Positions 42,126 through 51,498 are shown, counted from the stretch's first letter. The stretch is DNA of 64,000 bases from Longimicrobiales bacterium (GCA_965203485.1 OZ241892.1:96001-160000), one strand, 5' to 3'. The notes: generated by a model not told the origin, from the sequence alone. Numbers and translations: made by a program.

Positions 42126-43133
42126 GGCTCTTCCCCTGTTTCGGTGGGCGTCGTAGGATGGACGGGGGTACGGCATGGCTCTTGGAGCGAGGAGAGCGGA
42201 TGGAGATGCGGGAGTGGGTGGAGCGGCTGATGGGTCTGGGGCCGGAGTGGCGGATCGAGCGGGTGGACGAGGATTCGGAGCGCCAGGAGGCGCGGGTGGT
42301 GTTTGGCGCGCAGGGCGGGCCCGCCGTTGCGGTGCCCGGAGTGCGGGCGCGCGTGTCCGGGCTGCGACGTGCGACGCCGGGAGTGGCGGGGATTGGACGC
42401 ATGGGGATACAAGACGTTCGTGGTCTGCGACGTGCCCCGGGTGGAGTGTCCCGAGCACGGGGTGGCGACGACGCGGGCGGCCGTGGGCGGAGGGGGCGGT
42501 CGAGGTACACGGCGGCGTTCGAGTTGCTGGCGATTGGCTGGTTGCGCGAGGCGAGCGTGCTTGCGGTGTCGCGGCTGCTGCGCTTGAGCTGGACGGCGGT
42601 CGCCGGGATCATGGAGCGGGCGGTGCGCCGGGGCTTGGCGCGGCGCGGCGGCTGAGCGTGGACGATGACGTCGTTCAAGCGAGGCCACGCCTACGTGACG
42701 GTGGTGTCGGACGCGGAGACGCAGGACGTGCTGCACGTGGCGCCGGGGCGCCGGCAAGAAGACGCACGCCGAGAAGCTGGCGTTCGCCGAGTTGCGCAAA
42801 CTCGGCGTGGCTGCGCTGGTTGCAACGGGCGTCGGCGTCCGGCTCGGGCCGGTCGAGAAGGCGGCGGCGATGGGTCCCGGACGCGCCTGTGAGGCATCGT
42901 CAACGCCGTCGTGCTGAACGCGACCAACGGCCCGGCCGAGGGCGTCGCCAGCCGCATCCAAGCGATCGGGGCTCGGTGTCGCGGCTTCCGCAACCAGGAG
43001 CGCTTCGCCGCGGCCATTCTCTTCCACCTCGGCGGCCTCGACCTATGTCCGCCCCCCGCCCAGCGCTGACCGCCGTGCCCCTTTGCCACCTCCGCTCCGT
43101 CTTTTCCCCTCCCGCCACATCAGGGGAAGAGCC
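42126..43133 (+). mobile_element. Decayed, internally deleted ISL3-family insertion sequence
   Basis: Terminal IRs GGCTCTTCCCCTG and CAGGGGAAGAGCC. Frameshifted transposase fragments: [50 protein letters not shown]. Confidence 0.88.
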
Positions 43134-43166
43134 GAATTTGTCCAGTTACGCCGCTCCTCGAAGCAC

Positions 43167-43208
43167 GTGACGAAAAATGACACTCCGGAATTCCGCCTAC
43201 CTGCGTAT
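43167..43208 (+). promoter_or_regulatory. Conserved 42-bp upstream element, third copy (others at 34299 and 38157)
   Basis: GTGACGAAAAATGACACTCC...TTC.GCCT.CCTGCGTAT. Confidence 0.6.
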
Positions 43209-43256
43209 CCACTCATGTAAGCGGCGGTTCCACCACGAATCCACAAAGGAGGTTTC

Positions 43257-43484
43257 ATGAACCGCTTCATCCTGAACCTGCTGGCCGGCGCGACGATTCT
43301 GGTCGGCGGGTGGGTGCTCCTGTTCCCGGCGTCGGCGTCGGCGGACCCCGACGAGGCCTGTTGCAAGGTCACCATCACGAACGCCGACGGTAGCAAGGTC
43401 GAGCGCAAGTGTTGCGGGGACCGGTGCGACATCGACAGCGCCAACCAATGCAATGCGTGCACGGGGCTGGAATGCCTGCACTAG
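43257..43484 (+). CDS. Small secreted Cys-rich peptide 2 (75 aa, 8 Cys)
   Basis: AAGGAGGT RBS; Sec signal ending ASA; CC..CC..C..C..C..C. Confidence 0.8.
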   Translation: MNRFILNLLAGATILVGGWVLLFPASASADPDEACCKVTITNADGSKVERKCCGDRCDIDSANQCNACTGLECLH

Positions 43485-44653
43485 CCTGCGGTCTCAGGCC
43501 CGTCGGTCGTGGGAGGGAGGCGCATGCCTCCCTCCCACTGGCTGGCGCAGTCGCCGTGGGGCAATTCTTGCTCGCGGCTTGCTCCGCCGACGCTCCCGCG
43601 GACGGGCGGCCATGGGCTTCGGCTCCGGACGGCGCCTGGATCGACGTGCGGATGGAAGTCGTCTCCGGCGCCGACCTGTCCCTCGGCGGCGTGGGCAACG
43701 TCGCCTTCGGCCGGCTGGGCGTCGTTTACGTTGAAGACTACACGGGACCGGAGTTGCTGGTCTTGGACTCCCTGCTGAGACCGGTGGCAAGCGTCGGGCG
43801 ACGAGGCGAAGGGCCGGGAGAATTTCTCTCGATAAGCACGCTTCAGGTTCTTCCTGGCGACAGCCTCATGGTGTTCGACTCCCGCCTCAGCCGCATGACC
43901 ATCTTCTCGGAAGAACGTCTCGACTCCGGCCGGACCACCGCCGTCCCCCCGCTCCTTTCCGTTTCGAGGCTTTGGCGATTGCCTGGCCCGGAGCGAAGAC
44001 ACATGGCCTACGATGTCCAACCGTTCTATGCCCGCGACAGCGGCGAGACGGACGACGAACGCTTCGACGTGCTTTCCATCCTCGACGGGTCGGCGCAGGA
44101 GACGGCATTCGACTCCGTTCTGCTGGTGCCACAACCCAGATCATTAGTTGTCAGATCTGGCGGTAGCATCACGACAGGGCCTCATCCCTACGGGAGCGCC
44201 AACTTCTTCGGAGTGTTGCCCGGCGGCGGCTTTGCCCACGTGACAACGCGCGCCCTGGCGGTGACGATCGTCGGCGCAGACGGCAAGCAGACCGAGTTTT
44301 CTCATCCGACGATTCCGATTCCCGTGTCGTCGGAGCACCTCGATTCCACTCTGGCAGCGTTGAATTCGGATCAAGCCCGAGTTCTCCGTGACGGCGCACC
44401 CTACACGTGGCCTCCCGTCAGAACCATGATCGTCGACGACCAGGACCGGATATGGCTTGCACTGCGAAGACAGCCCGGCGAGACGCATCGAGAGTGGGCT
44501 GCGTTCACGCGCGACGGCCGCCACGTCGCGTCGGTGCGCCTCGCGACCAGCCTATGGGCTCGTGCCATCAGCGGGGACAAGCTCTTGGCCTTGGCCCTCG
44601 ACGACCTCGACGTGCCAACGCTTCGTCTCTACCGCATCTTGTGGGATAGATAA
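43472..44653 (+). CDS. Beta-propeller lipoprotein; start uncertain
   Basis: LLAAC lipobox, GRRGEGPGEF, GDSLMVFD, DDQDRIW. Confidence 0.75.
   Translation: MPALACGLRPVGRGREAHASLPLAGAVAVGQFLLAACSADAPADGRPWASAPDGAWIDVRMEVVSGADLSLGGVGNVAFGRLGVVYVEDYTGPELLVLDSLLRPVASVGRRGEGPGEFLSISTLQVLPGDSLMVFDSRLSRMTIFSEERLDSGRTTAVPPLLSVSRLWRLPGPERRHMAYDVQPFYARDSGETDDERFDVLSILDGSAQETAFDSVLLVPQPRSLVVRSGGSITTGPHPYGSANFFGVLPGGGFAHVTTRALAVTIVGADGKQTEFSHPTIPIPVSSEHLDSTLAALNSDQARVLRDGAPYTWPPVRTMIVDDQDRIWLALRRQPGETHREWAAFTRDGRHVASVRLATSLWARAISGDKLLALALDDLDVPTLRLYRILWDR
43509..43538 (+). terminator. Perfect 13-bp stem-loop downstream of peptide 2 (no U-tract)
   Basis: GTGGGAGGGAGGC-GCAT-GCCTCCCTCCCAC. Confidence 0.5.
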
Positions 44654-46411
44654 GTGAAGAAAATCGTCTCCAACGTCGTGACCGCCGTGCTGGTCGTCGG
44701 TGCTCTGCTGGTGACGGTTGCCGTCGCTCGTCGGGAGTTCACGGCGTCGTCCGCGACGCCGGCCTCGGAGCCCCGCCCAGCAGAGCCACGTCCAGTAGAC
44801 GACTGGCAAGCGCTGGCGACCGAGGGTGTCCGGATAGGGTCCCGCGACGCCCCCCTCGTGTTGATCGAGTTTGCCGATTTTCAGTGCCCGTTTTGCGCTG
44901 TGGCGGCCAACAACCTGCGCGAGGCCCTGTCGCACTACGGAGATGACGTTGCCGTCGTGTTTCGGCATTTTCCCCTTGAACACATTCACCCGCACGCCTA
45001 CGCTGCTGCCGTGGCGGCGGAGTGCGCCGCCTCGCAAGATCGCTTCGAAGCGTTCCACGACTTGCTTTTCGCCAGGCAGGACGAGATCGGCGAGACGCCA
45101 TGGGCGCAGTTCGCGGCGGCGGCGGCGGTGGACACCGTTCCCTTTGCCAGGTGCATGGAGGCGACATGGCCTCGCGACAGGGTGTTCGAGGACGCTCGCG
45201 CCGCGAGAAAAATCGGCCTTACGGGGACCCCGTCCATCGTCGTCGGCGGCCTTCTGCTGTCTGGCACGCCCAGCGTGGCGACGTTGCGAGAACACATTGG
45301 TCGGGCGTTGGCGGAAATCACGAAGGACTCGGCGGGACGCGCCTTGGTCGTTGATCGAGCCGCTGGCTCCGACCGCTTGCGACCATGGGCGTCGGGACCA
45401 TGGCTTGAAATCGAAGCTGAACGGACGAAATCGACGCCGGGGGGGTTTCTGGACTATCTCGGTATCGTTGCAGTTGGTCCGAGCGGGCGAATATATGCCG
45501 TGGAGCGGGGGAGCCGTCAAGTCTTGGTGTTCGATTCGAACCTGGAGTACGAGCACGCCCTGCCCAGTTCAATGGGGCGCAACCCCGTTTCCGCTCGCGA
45601 AGTGGACGGCGACAGCATCGTCTTCTTCGACTACGATTCCAAGACGACCCTTGTTTGGTCCGGCTACCACGCCGACCCAGGCCGCCGATCGAGCGTTCCC
45701 GGATTGGAGGGCTACGATCCATATGATGTCTGGAGGCTCGGAAACACGGCGGATTTCGTCGTGGCGTACCGTCGCCGCTCTTACTCGCAGGACGACCTCG
45801 ATGAACAGCGCTCGGATGTTGTTGGCCTAGCTAGGCGCGGGGCGCTCCGTGTCGATTCGATATTGTCTTTTCCGTCTCGCGAAGTGCTGGTTGTGACGCC
45901 CGAAGACGGGGGATTCTCGGTGGGGCCGCATCCGTTCGGGCGACGGCCGTACCTTCGTCTGGTGGCCGGCGACAAGATCGTCTATGCTCTTTCGGACGAG
46001 TTCAAGGTCACGATATTGAATCTGGCGGCCGGAACCGAGAGTCGGTGGTCGTACGAGGCGGAGGTGACGCAGGTCGAGGACGACGAAGTGGAGCGAGCGG
46101 CGGCGTCCATGCGGTCGGCATCCAGGGCAGATGCCCTGCTCGAAAACGCTCCGTACTTTCGTTCAGTGCTCGCGGGCTTGGCGGTGGACGACGATCGGGA
46201 ACTCATTTGGGTCGGCTTGAGAGCTCAGGCGGATTCGTTGGAGTGGGCGGCGTTCGACCTGTCGGGCCGCCATCGAGCGTCGTTGCTGTTGCCGGACAAG
46301 GTTGAAGTGGTTGGCGCGTGGAGGGACAGGTTGATTGGAATCGAATACGACAGAAAGCCCTTTGGCCCGGTTCTCAAGTCGTATTATTTGCGAGAATCGG
46401 GTACGATGTAG
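44654..46411 (+). CDS. Membrane-anchored DsbA/thioredoxin-fold domain fused to a beta-propeller
   Basis: TM helix, EFADFQCPFC, FRHFPL..IHP, GTPS; propeller-like C-terminal half. Confidence 0.82.
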   Translation: MKKIVSNVVTAVLVVGALLVTVAVARREFTASSATPASEPRPAEPRPVDDWQALATEGVRIGSRDAPLVLIEFADFQCPFCAVAANNLREALSHYGDDVAVVFRHFPLEHIHPHAYAAAVAAECAASQDRFEAFHDLLFARQDEIGETPWAQFAAAAAVDTVPFARCMEATWPRDRVFEDARAARKIGLTGTPSIVVGGLLLSGTPSVATLREHIGRALAEITKDSAGRALVVDRAAGSDRLRPWASGPWLEIEAERTKSTPGGFLDYLGIVAVGPSGRIYAVERGSRQVLVFDSNLEYEHALPSSMGRNPVSAREVDGDSIVFFDYDSKTTLVWSGYHADPGRRSSVPGLEGYDPYDVWRLGNTADFVVAYRRRSYSQDDLDEQRSDVVGLARRGALRVDSILSFPSREVLVVTPEDGGFSVGPHPFGRRPYLRLVAGDKIVYALSDEFKVTILNLAAGTESRWSYEAEVTQVEDDEVERAAASMRSASRADALLENAPYFRSVLAGLAVDDDRELIWVGLRAQADSLEWAAFDLSGRHRASLLLPDKVEVVGAWRDRLIGIEYDRKPFGPVLKSYYLRESGTM

Positions 46412-46425
46412 ACGGCCTCTTGCAA

Positions 46426-47025
46426 ATGGAATTGGGCGGTGAGCCGCTGTTCCGCCGTGGCGAAATCGGCAGCGGGGAGTTCTTGCGCCGCCTTCATGCC
46501 CGAGATCCAGACGCATTGGCCGACTTGGCCGAGGAAGCGGGTCCGCGAATGCTCGGACGCATTCGTTCGCTGATTTCCGACGAAGAAGACGCCAACGAAC
46601 TATACCAGGAATGCTGGTTGCACCTCATGAAGCAGTTGGACAAGTGCACGAAACCGCGCAGCGTGGTGGGATGGGCGGTCGTGATCAGCGCGAATCACTG
46701 CAAGTCGTTGTTGCGCCGAAAGAAGGGCGGTCCCGTCCTCGTTCCCTTGGAGGAGGCAGAGGACATCGCCGACACGGCGCCGAATCCGGAAACGAAGTTG
46801 CAACGAATCACCGTGGAAGAAGCCGTGTGGGCTGCATTGGACCTGTTGCCCGAGCGGCAGCGAGAAGCGGTGATCTCGACGCTGATGGAAGGACGAAGCA
46901 ACGCCGAAACAGCCGTAGAGATGGACGTAAGCCCGCGGACGGTCAGCTCGTTGGTTGCCGCCGCTGTTCGGAAGCTTCAGGAGCGACGGGAGCTTCGACA
47001 ACTATTTCAGGACATGTTCCACTGA
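46426..47025 (+). CDS. ECF-type RNA polymerase sigma factor
   Basis: Region 2 DANELYQECW and region 4 LPERQREAV...SNAETAVEMDVSPRTV. Confidence 0.85.
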   Translation: MELGGEPLFRRGEIGSGEFLRRLHARDPDALADLAEEAGPRMLGRIRSLISDEEDANELYQECWLHLMKQLDKCTKPRSVVGWAVVISANHCKSLLRRKKGGPVLVPLEEAEDIADTAPNPETKLQRITVEEAVWAALDLLPERQREAVISTLMEGRSNAETAVEMDVSPRTVSSLVAAAVRKLQERRELRQLFQDMFH

Positions 47026-47137
47026 CGCGCAGGGAGGCGGAGAAGACATGCACAGGGTACGAGAGAGGAATCGTGGGATCGACGACCAGAATCTGCCGAA
47101 AAGTGCACGAACGCCGACTAGCTAGGAGAGCTCAAGA

Positions 47138-47374
47138 ATGAAGACAATGACGAGATGGATCATGTTGGGGACGTTGATCAGCGTCGCTTTGGCGCCGACG
47201 ACGTTCTTGGCGACGCGACGGCCGACGGAATGCTCCAGCTCCGGCGTCCGCCTGTTTGACTGTTGCCGGACGGCCAAGGACGGCGAGACCGGCTGTTGCA
47301 CCAGATGCTGCTGGTGGCCTCGTGGGTGTGGTGATTGCCCCGATCCGGCAGTCGGGGCGACTGGCGCATCATGA
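47138..47374 (+). CDS. Small Cys-rich peptide 3 with hydrophobic leader (78 aa, 9 Cys)
   Basis: AGGAG RBS; C..CC..CC..CC..C..C; ATGA overlap with the next gene. Confidence 0.65.
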   Translation: MKTMTRWIMLGTLISVALAPTTFLATRRPTECSSSGVRLFDCCRTAKDGETGCCTRCCWWPRGCGDCPDPAVGATGAS

Positions 47375-48528
47375 AAGACCGTTCGGTGGTGTCGTCAATG
47401 ATCGAGAGCGTCTTCGCGCGTCATGCGGCCGGAAACGTCGTAAAATTGTCGGGAATCTATTTGTTGTACGCTCTCTGGTTCACTCTCACTTTCCATGCAG
47501 GCATGCCCTACTTGGAACGCATCTTGTTGACCGGCGCCGGCGCAAGCTTTCAGATGGCAATTCTGGCAGGCGCGGCGGTCTTCATGTCTGCCACCGACCA
47601 CTTCGACGTGTTCGGAGACAAAGCGCCGGAGACTCGCAAGAGGGACTGGGGATGCTTGGCGCTTTTCGGCATCGCCGCCTGTTTGTTGATGGAGGTGGGG
47701 CTTCCCCTGACGGATTGGTTGCTGGAGGTGGTGGTTGGAATGCCGGAGGCGGACACCGAGACGCCGTGGAGCTGGACGATGCGCTACTTGGTTCCCGTAT
47801 CCGTGGCCGCGTTCGTCGTCGCATCCGGCGTTGCGGGGGCGGCGGTGGGTCGCATGACCGATTGGTCGTCGCCCGGACGCCGTCGCTTGGTGCGATGGCT
47901 GGGAGCGTTGGGGTTCACGGTGTTGTTCGCGGGCTCGCTGGTCGTCTGGACCGAAGTCGTGATCGTTAACGGATTTCCCTTCGCTGTCATCCCCGTTGTG
48001 CCGCTGCTACTGCCGCTCGTGGCCGCTTGTTGGTTGGTCCGGTCCCAACGCTATGGCGTGCTGGAGGTGTTGGGCTTGAGGCGGAGCGGCGGCCTCGCTC
48101 CCGAGGTGGTCGACCGGCTTGTGCAGGTGGTCGTAGACGCAGACGAGGAAGGCGCTTCGAGCATCGAGAAAGCGGCGAGGACCCCGGAAGAACTGGAGAT
48201 GGCTCGCTTCCTGAAATGGCTCCGGCACGCGGCAGCGCCTTCATTAGCGGTGAGCAAGGCGGAAGCGGAGGATATGGTGGCCTTTGCGCTGAAGATGGCC
48301 TCAGTGCCGCCGACGAAGCGGTCGCCCCACCGAGCATGGCGGCCGGTCTGGAGCAAAATCGGCGAGTTCGGATCGTCTTGGGCGATCTTGTCGGTCGGCT
48401 TGGCGACGGCAGGTTTGTCGGGTGGCCTGATTCCCAGTCCAGTGCCCGCACTGGCGGTTGGCGGATTCGGAGCGACCGTCAGCATGTTCCAAAGACTCCG
48501 CGATGCAAACAGCCCGCCGAAGGCATAG
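47371..48528 (+). CDS. Hypothetical polytopic membrane protein
   Basis: Multiple hydrophobic helices; start overlaps the stop of peptide 3. Confidence 0.7.
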   Translation: MKDRSVVSSMIESVFARHAAGNVVKLSGIYLLYALWFTLTFHAGMPYLERILLTGAGASFQMAILAGAAVFMSATDHFDVFGDKAPETRKRDWGCLALFGIAACLLMEVGLPLTDWLLEVVVGMPEADTETPWSWTMRYLVPVSVAAFVVASGVAGAAVGRMTDWSSPGRRRLVRWLGALGFTVLFAGSLVVWTEVVIVNGFPFAVIPVVPLLLPLVAACWLVRSQRYGVLEVLGLRRSGGLAPEVVDRLVQVVVDADEEGASSIEKAARTPEELEMARFLKWLRHAAAPSLAVSKAEAEDMVAFALKMASVPPTKRSPHRAWRPVWSKIGEFGSSWAILSVGLATAGLSGGLIPSPVPALAVGGFGATVSMFQRLRDANSPPKA

Positions 48529-48567
48529 GGAACCGAACGCGCGCGCCGACCAGCGAGACGCACCGGC

Positions 48568-51498
48568 TCAAGAAATCCCTTTCTTGCTCGCTTCCTTCAG
48601 ATCGGTGCCCAGGGTCTTGCCCTTGTCCACCGCCGGAATGCCGTCTTCCATCCAGACGGGGGCGGGAGCGTCCTTGAGGTAGTGGTCGAAGAACTGCTGC
48701 ATGCGCACGGCCCAGTCCCTGCGGTTGGGTTCTCTGCGCAGTCCGTGTGCCTCGCCGTTGTAGTTGAGCATCCACACCGGCTTCTGCAGACGGCGCATCG
48801 CGACGAACATCTCAATCCCTTGATACCATGGTACTGCCCCGTCTTCGTCGTTGTGCATCATGAGGAGCGGCGTCTCGATCTTGTCCGCATAGAAGACCGG
48901 CGAGTTGTGCAAGTACTCGCTGGTCGATTCCCACAACGTGCCGCCGATGCGGCTCTGCGTGCGCTCGTACTGGAACATTCGGCTCATGCCCGACTGCCAC
49001 CGAATGCCGCCGTAGGCGCTGGTCATGTTGCTGACCGGAGCGCCGGCCTCCGCGGCGGCGAAGAGATGCGTCTTGGTGATCATGTAGGCGATCTGGTAGC
49101 CGCCCCAAGAATGTCCCTGCACGCCGATGCGCTCTTTGTCCACGAATCCGTCCGCGAGCACTCGCAGCACGCCGGGCACCACGGCGTCGAGGGCGCTCTC
49201 GCCCGGATAGCCGATCTCGTAGGGGATGTCGGGGACGAAGACCACGTATCCCCGGCTCACGTAGAAGGGCACCGAAATTGACGAGCCGCCCGGACGCGGC
49301 GAGCGGTACGAGTGGACTCCGTCCGACATGCGCTCGTAGAAGTACACCATCATTGGGTGCTTGCGCCCCGGGTCGAAGCCGTCGGGCTTGAACAAGATGC
49401 CTTGGAGCGGGACGCCGTCGTTGGACGTCCATTCCACGATCTCCGCCGAGCCCCAAGCGTACTCGGCCTGCTGCGGGTTGGCTTCCGACATCTTGGCCAT
49501 GTCGGTGATGTCGCCGTCGGTGACCCAAAGGTTGGGAAACTCGCGGAAGTCCTCGCGGCTGACGAGCCAGCGCTCCGCGTCCTCGGCCTTGCCGCGTAGC
49601 CGGAATCGCTTGTCGGCCATGACGACCTCCCGGGGCTGGGCCGGGCGGTCCGCGCGTCCCCGGAAGAACCCGGAGCGCTTGTTCGCGTAGTGAAACGACG
49701 CCCAGAGAACGTCGCCGGGGACATGGTCCAGCTCGGGGTCCAAGCGCGCGTAGCGGAAACGGATTCCCGCTTCGCGGCCGGCGCCGTCGGTCAGGTTGGC
49801 CAAAGTGGCGGTGTTGGGATCGAACGCCCAGACGTCGTAGCGGTCGTAGAACACGAACGCGTCGTCGTCCTCGGTCCAGCCGGCCGAGCCGTAGGGCGGG
49901 GGCAAGTCGGGATGATCGTCGAGCTCGTTCCAGACGGGGTGCGGAACGAGCTCGCTGGCGGCCAGGAGGTCGCCGGTCGCGAGCCGCTCCACCATCCAAT
50001 GGCGAGCGGCGCCGTCCCACCAAACGGCGTACTCGCCGCCGGGCGAAATCGACGCCCCGCCGAAGCCCTTGACCTTCTCGGCGACGCGCCGCCGCGAACC
50101 GGTGGCCAGATCGATGGCGTAGAGGTCGTTGTAGCGGCCGTCCCACGACAGCATCTGGCGATACGGCACGTCGGTCGTCCCCAGGGCGAAGTCCGCGTCG
50201 CCCTGCGCGGCGAACCGAACTGCGGGCACCTCCGGCGACGCGAGCTGGACCACCGGGCCTCCGTCCACCGGCACGGCGGCGACGTAGGTGCGGTTCCGTT
50301 CCTGCTCCGCTTGCACCAGCTGCATGGGTTGCAGGTAGGGATCCTTCCAGTTCCAGACGTCCAGGGTCACCTTGTCTTCCTCGAGCGGCGCGTCGTCTTC
50401 GTCCGGTTCCGGGTCAGGCCGGGGCGCGGCGCCGAAGAGGATGCGCGACCCGCCCTCGGAGAAGCGGACCTCGCCGTGCTCGCTGGCCCACCAGCCTTCG
50501 GGCACGCCCTCGGCGGCCGAACTGGCCATGGCGACGGCCTGCCAGTCCGGGGCGGCGGCCTGGAACAGCACGAACTCGGGCTGGTCCGCCTCGTAGTTGT
50601 CCCGGTCGGACAGAAGCGCGGCCCGGCTCCCGTCCTTGGCGACCGCGAGCTGGGTGTAGTTGCCCTCGCCTTCCAGCAGCGCGTGGCGGGCGCCGCTGGG
50701 CAGGTCCACGACGTAGGCGCCGTCCCCGGTCCCGTCCTTGGTCGAGGTGGAAAAGACGAGCACGGGCGCTTCCTCCGCGAAGAAGTAGGTTGCGACGTCC
50801 TCGTAGCGGGTCTCTTCTCCCGTGGCCAAGTCCAGCACGACCAGCGGCGAACCCGCCTCCTTCTCCTTGCGGGGTTCCTCGCCGTCTTCGCCGGCTTCCT
50901 CTTCCGCCGGGGCGCCGGGAGCGGCGGCCTCCGTCTCGCCCTCCGCCTCCTCTTCCGCCTTGTCTTCTTCCTCTTCGGACGGGACGTACGCCACCCATCC
51001 GCCTTCGGACGCCACCTTGTGACTTTCCACGGCGCCGAGCGCGCGCACGCCGTCCAGGCCCGGCTCGTCGTCGGCGAAAACCTCGGCCAAGCGGGCGACC
51101 GCGAGCGAGTCGCCCGGCAGATCGTCGCCCGTCTTGCCTTCCCGCTTCAAGGAATCGATCGCCGCCTCGACGGGCGGCACCTCGTACACAAGGAAGCGCG
51201 AACCGGACGTGAAGACGGGATTCGTCCCGCGCGCCACGAGGACGGGGCCTCCTTCCCTCGCGGCGCGCACCGTGAGCGACGGGTCGCCCTCCATGGCGGT
51301 CAGGACGAAGGCCAGCCAGGCGCCGTCGGGCGACAGGGAAGGGCTCGCGATTGCGTTCCACCGCAGGACGTCGTCGTGGTCCAAGGGCCGGCGTTGCGCG
51401 GCGGACGGGAACGGCAATGCGGCAAGAACGGTCGCGGAGACCGCGGCGAGAGCCGGCAGGAGCGCCGGACAACGGGAATGCTTGGCAGAGCGTGTCAT
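48568..51498 (-). CDS. S9 family (prolyl oligopeptidase-like) secreted serine peptidase
   Basis: Signal peptide; GHSWGG, DGAV and EAHG catalytic triad. Confidence 0.9.
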   Translation of the reverse strand: MTRSAKHSRCPALLPALAAVSATVLAALPFPSAAQRRPLDHDDVLRWNAIASPSLSPDGAWLAFVLTAMEGDPSLTVRAAREGGPVLVARGTNPVFTSGSRFLVYEVPPVEAAIDSLKREGKTGDDLPGDSLAVARLAEVFADDEPGLDGVRALGAVESHKVASEGGWVAYVPSEEEEDKAEEEAEGETEAAAPGAPAEEEAGEDGEEPRKEKEAGSPLVVLDLATGEETRYEDVATYFFAEEAPVLVFSTSTKDGTGDGAYVVDLPSGARHALLEGEGNYTQLAVAKDGSRAALLSDRDNYEADQPEFVLFQAAAPDWQAVAMASSAAEGVPEGWWASEHGEVRFSEGGSRILFGAAPRPDPEPDEDDAPLEEDKVTLDVWNWKDPYLQPMQLVQAEQERNRTYVAAVPVDGGPVVQLASPEVPAVRFAAQGDADFALGTTDVPYRQMLSWDGRYNDLYAIDLATGSRRRVAEKVKGFGGASISPGGEYAVWWDGAARHWMVERLATGDLLAASELVPHPVWNELDDHPDLPPPYGSAGWTEDDDAFVFYDRYDVWAFDPNTATLANLTDGAGREAGIRFRYARLDPELDHVPGDVLWASFHYANKRSGFFRGRADRPAQPREVVMADKRFRLRGKAEDAERWLVSREDFREFPNLWVTDGDITDMAKMSEANPQQAEYAWGSAEIVEWTSNDGVPLQGILFKPDGFDPGRKHPMMVYFYERMSDGVHSYRSPRPGGSSISVPFYVSRGYVVFVPDIPYEIGYPGESALDAVVPGVLRVLADGFVDKERIGVQGHSWGGYQIAYMITKTHLFAAAEAGAPVSNMTSAYGGIRWQSGMSRMFQYERTQSRIGGTLWESTSEYLHNSPVFYADKIETPLLMMHNDEDGAVPWYQGIEMFVAMRRLQKPVWMLNYNGEAHGLRREPNRRDWAVRMQQFFDHYLKDAPAPVWMEDGIPAVDKGKTLGTDLKEASKKGIS

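Noticed and set aside
42126..43133. CRISPR-associated transposon or active IS
   Set aside because: The ISL3 is decayed and 34 kb from the cas genes; there are no tns genes and Cas3 is intact.
33560..48528. Classical RiPP cluster (lanthipeptide, radical SAM, YcaO)
   Set aside because: No such maturase or peptidase-ABC exporter is present; the leaders look Sec-type.
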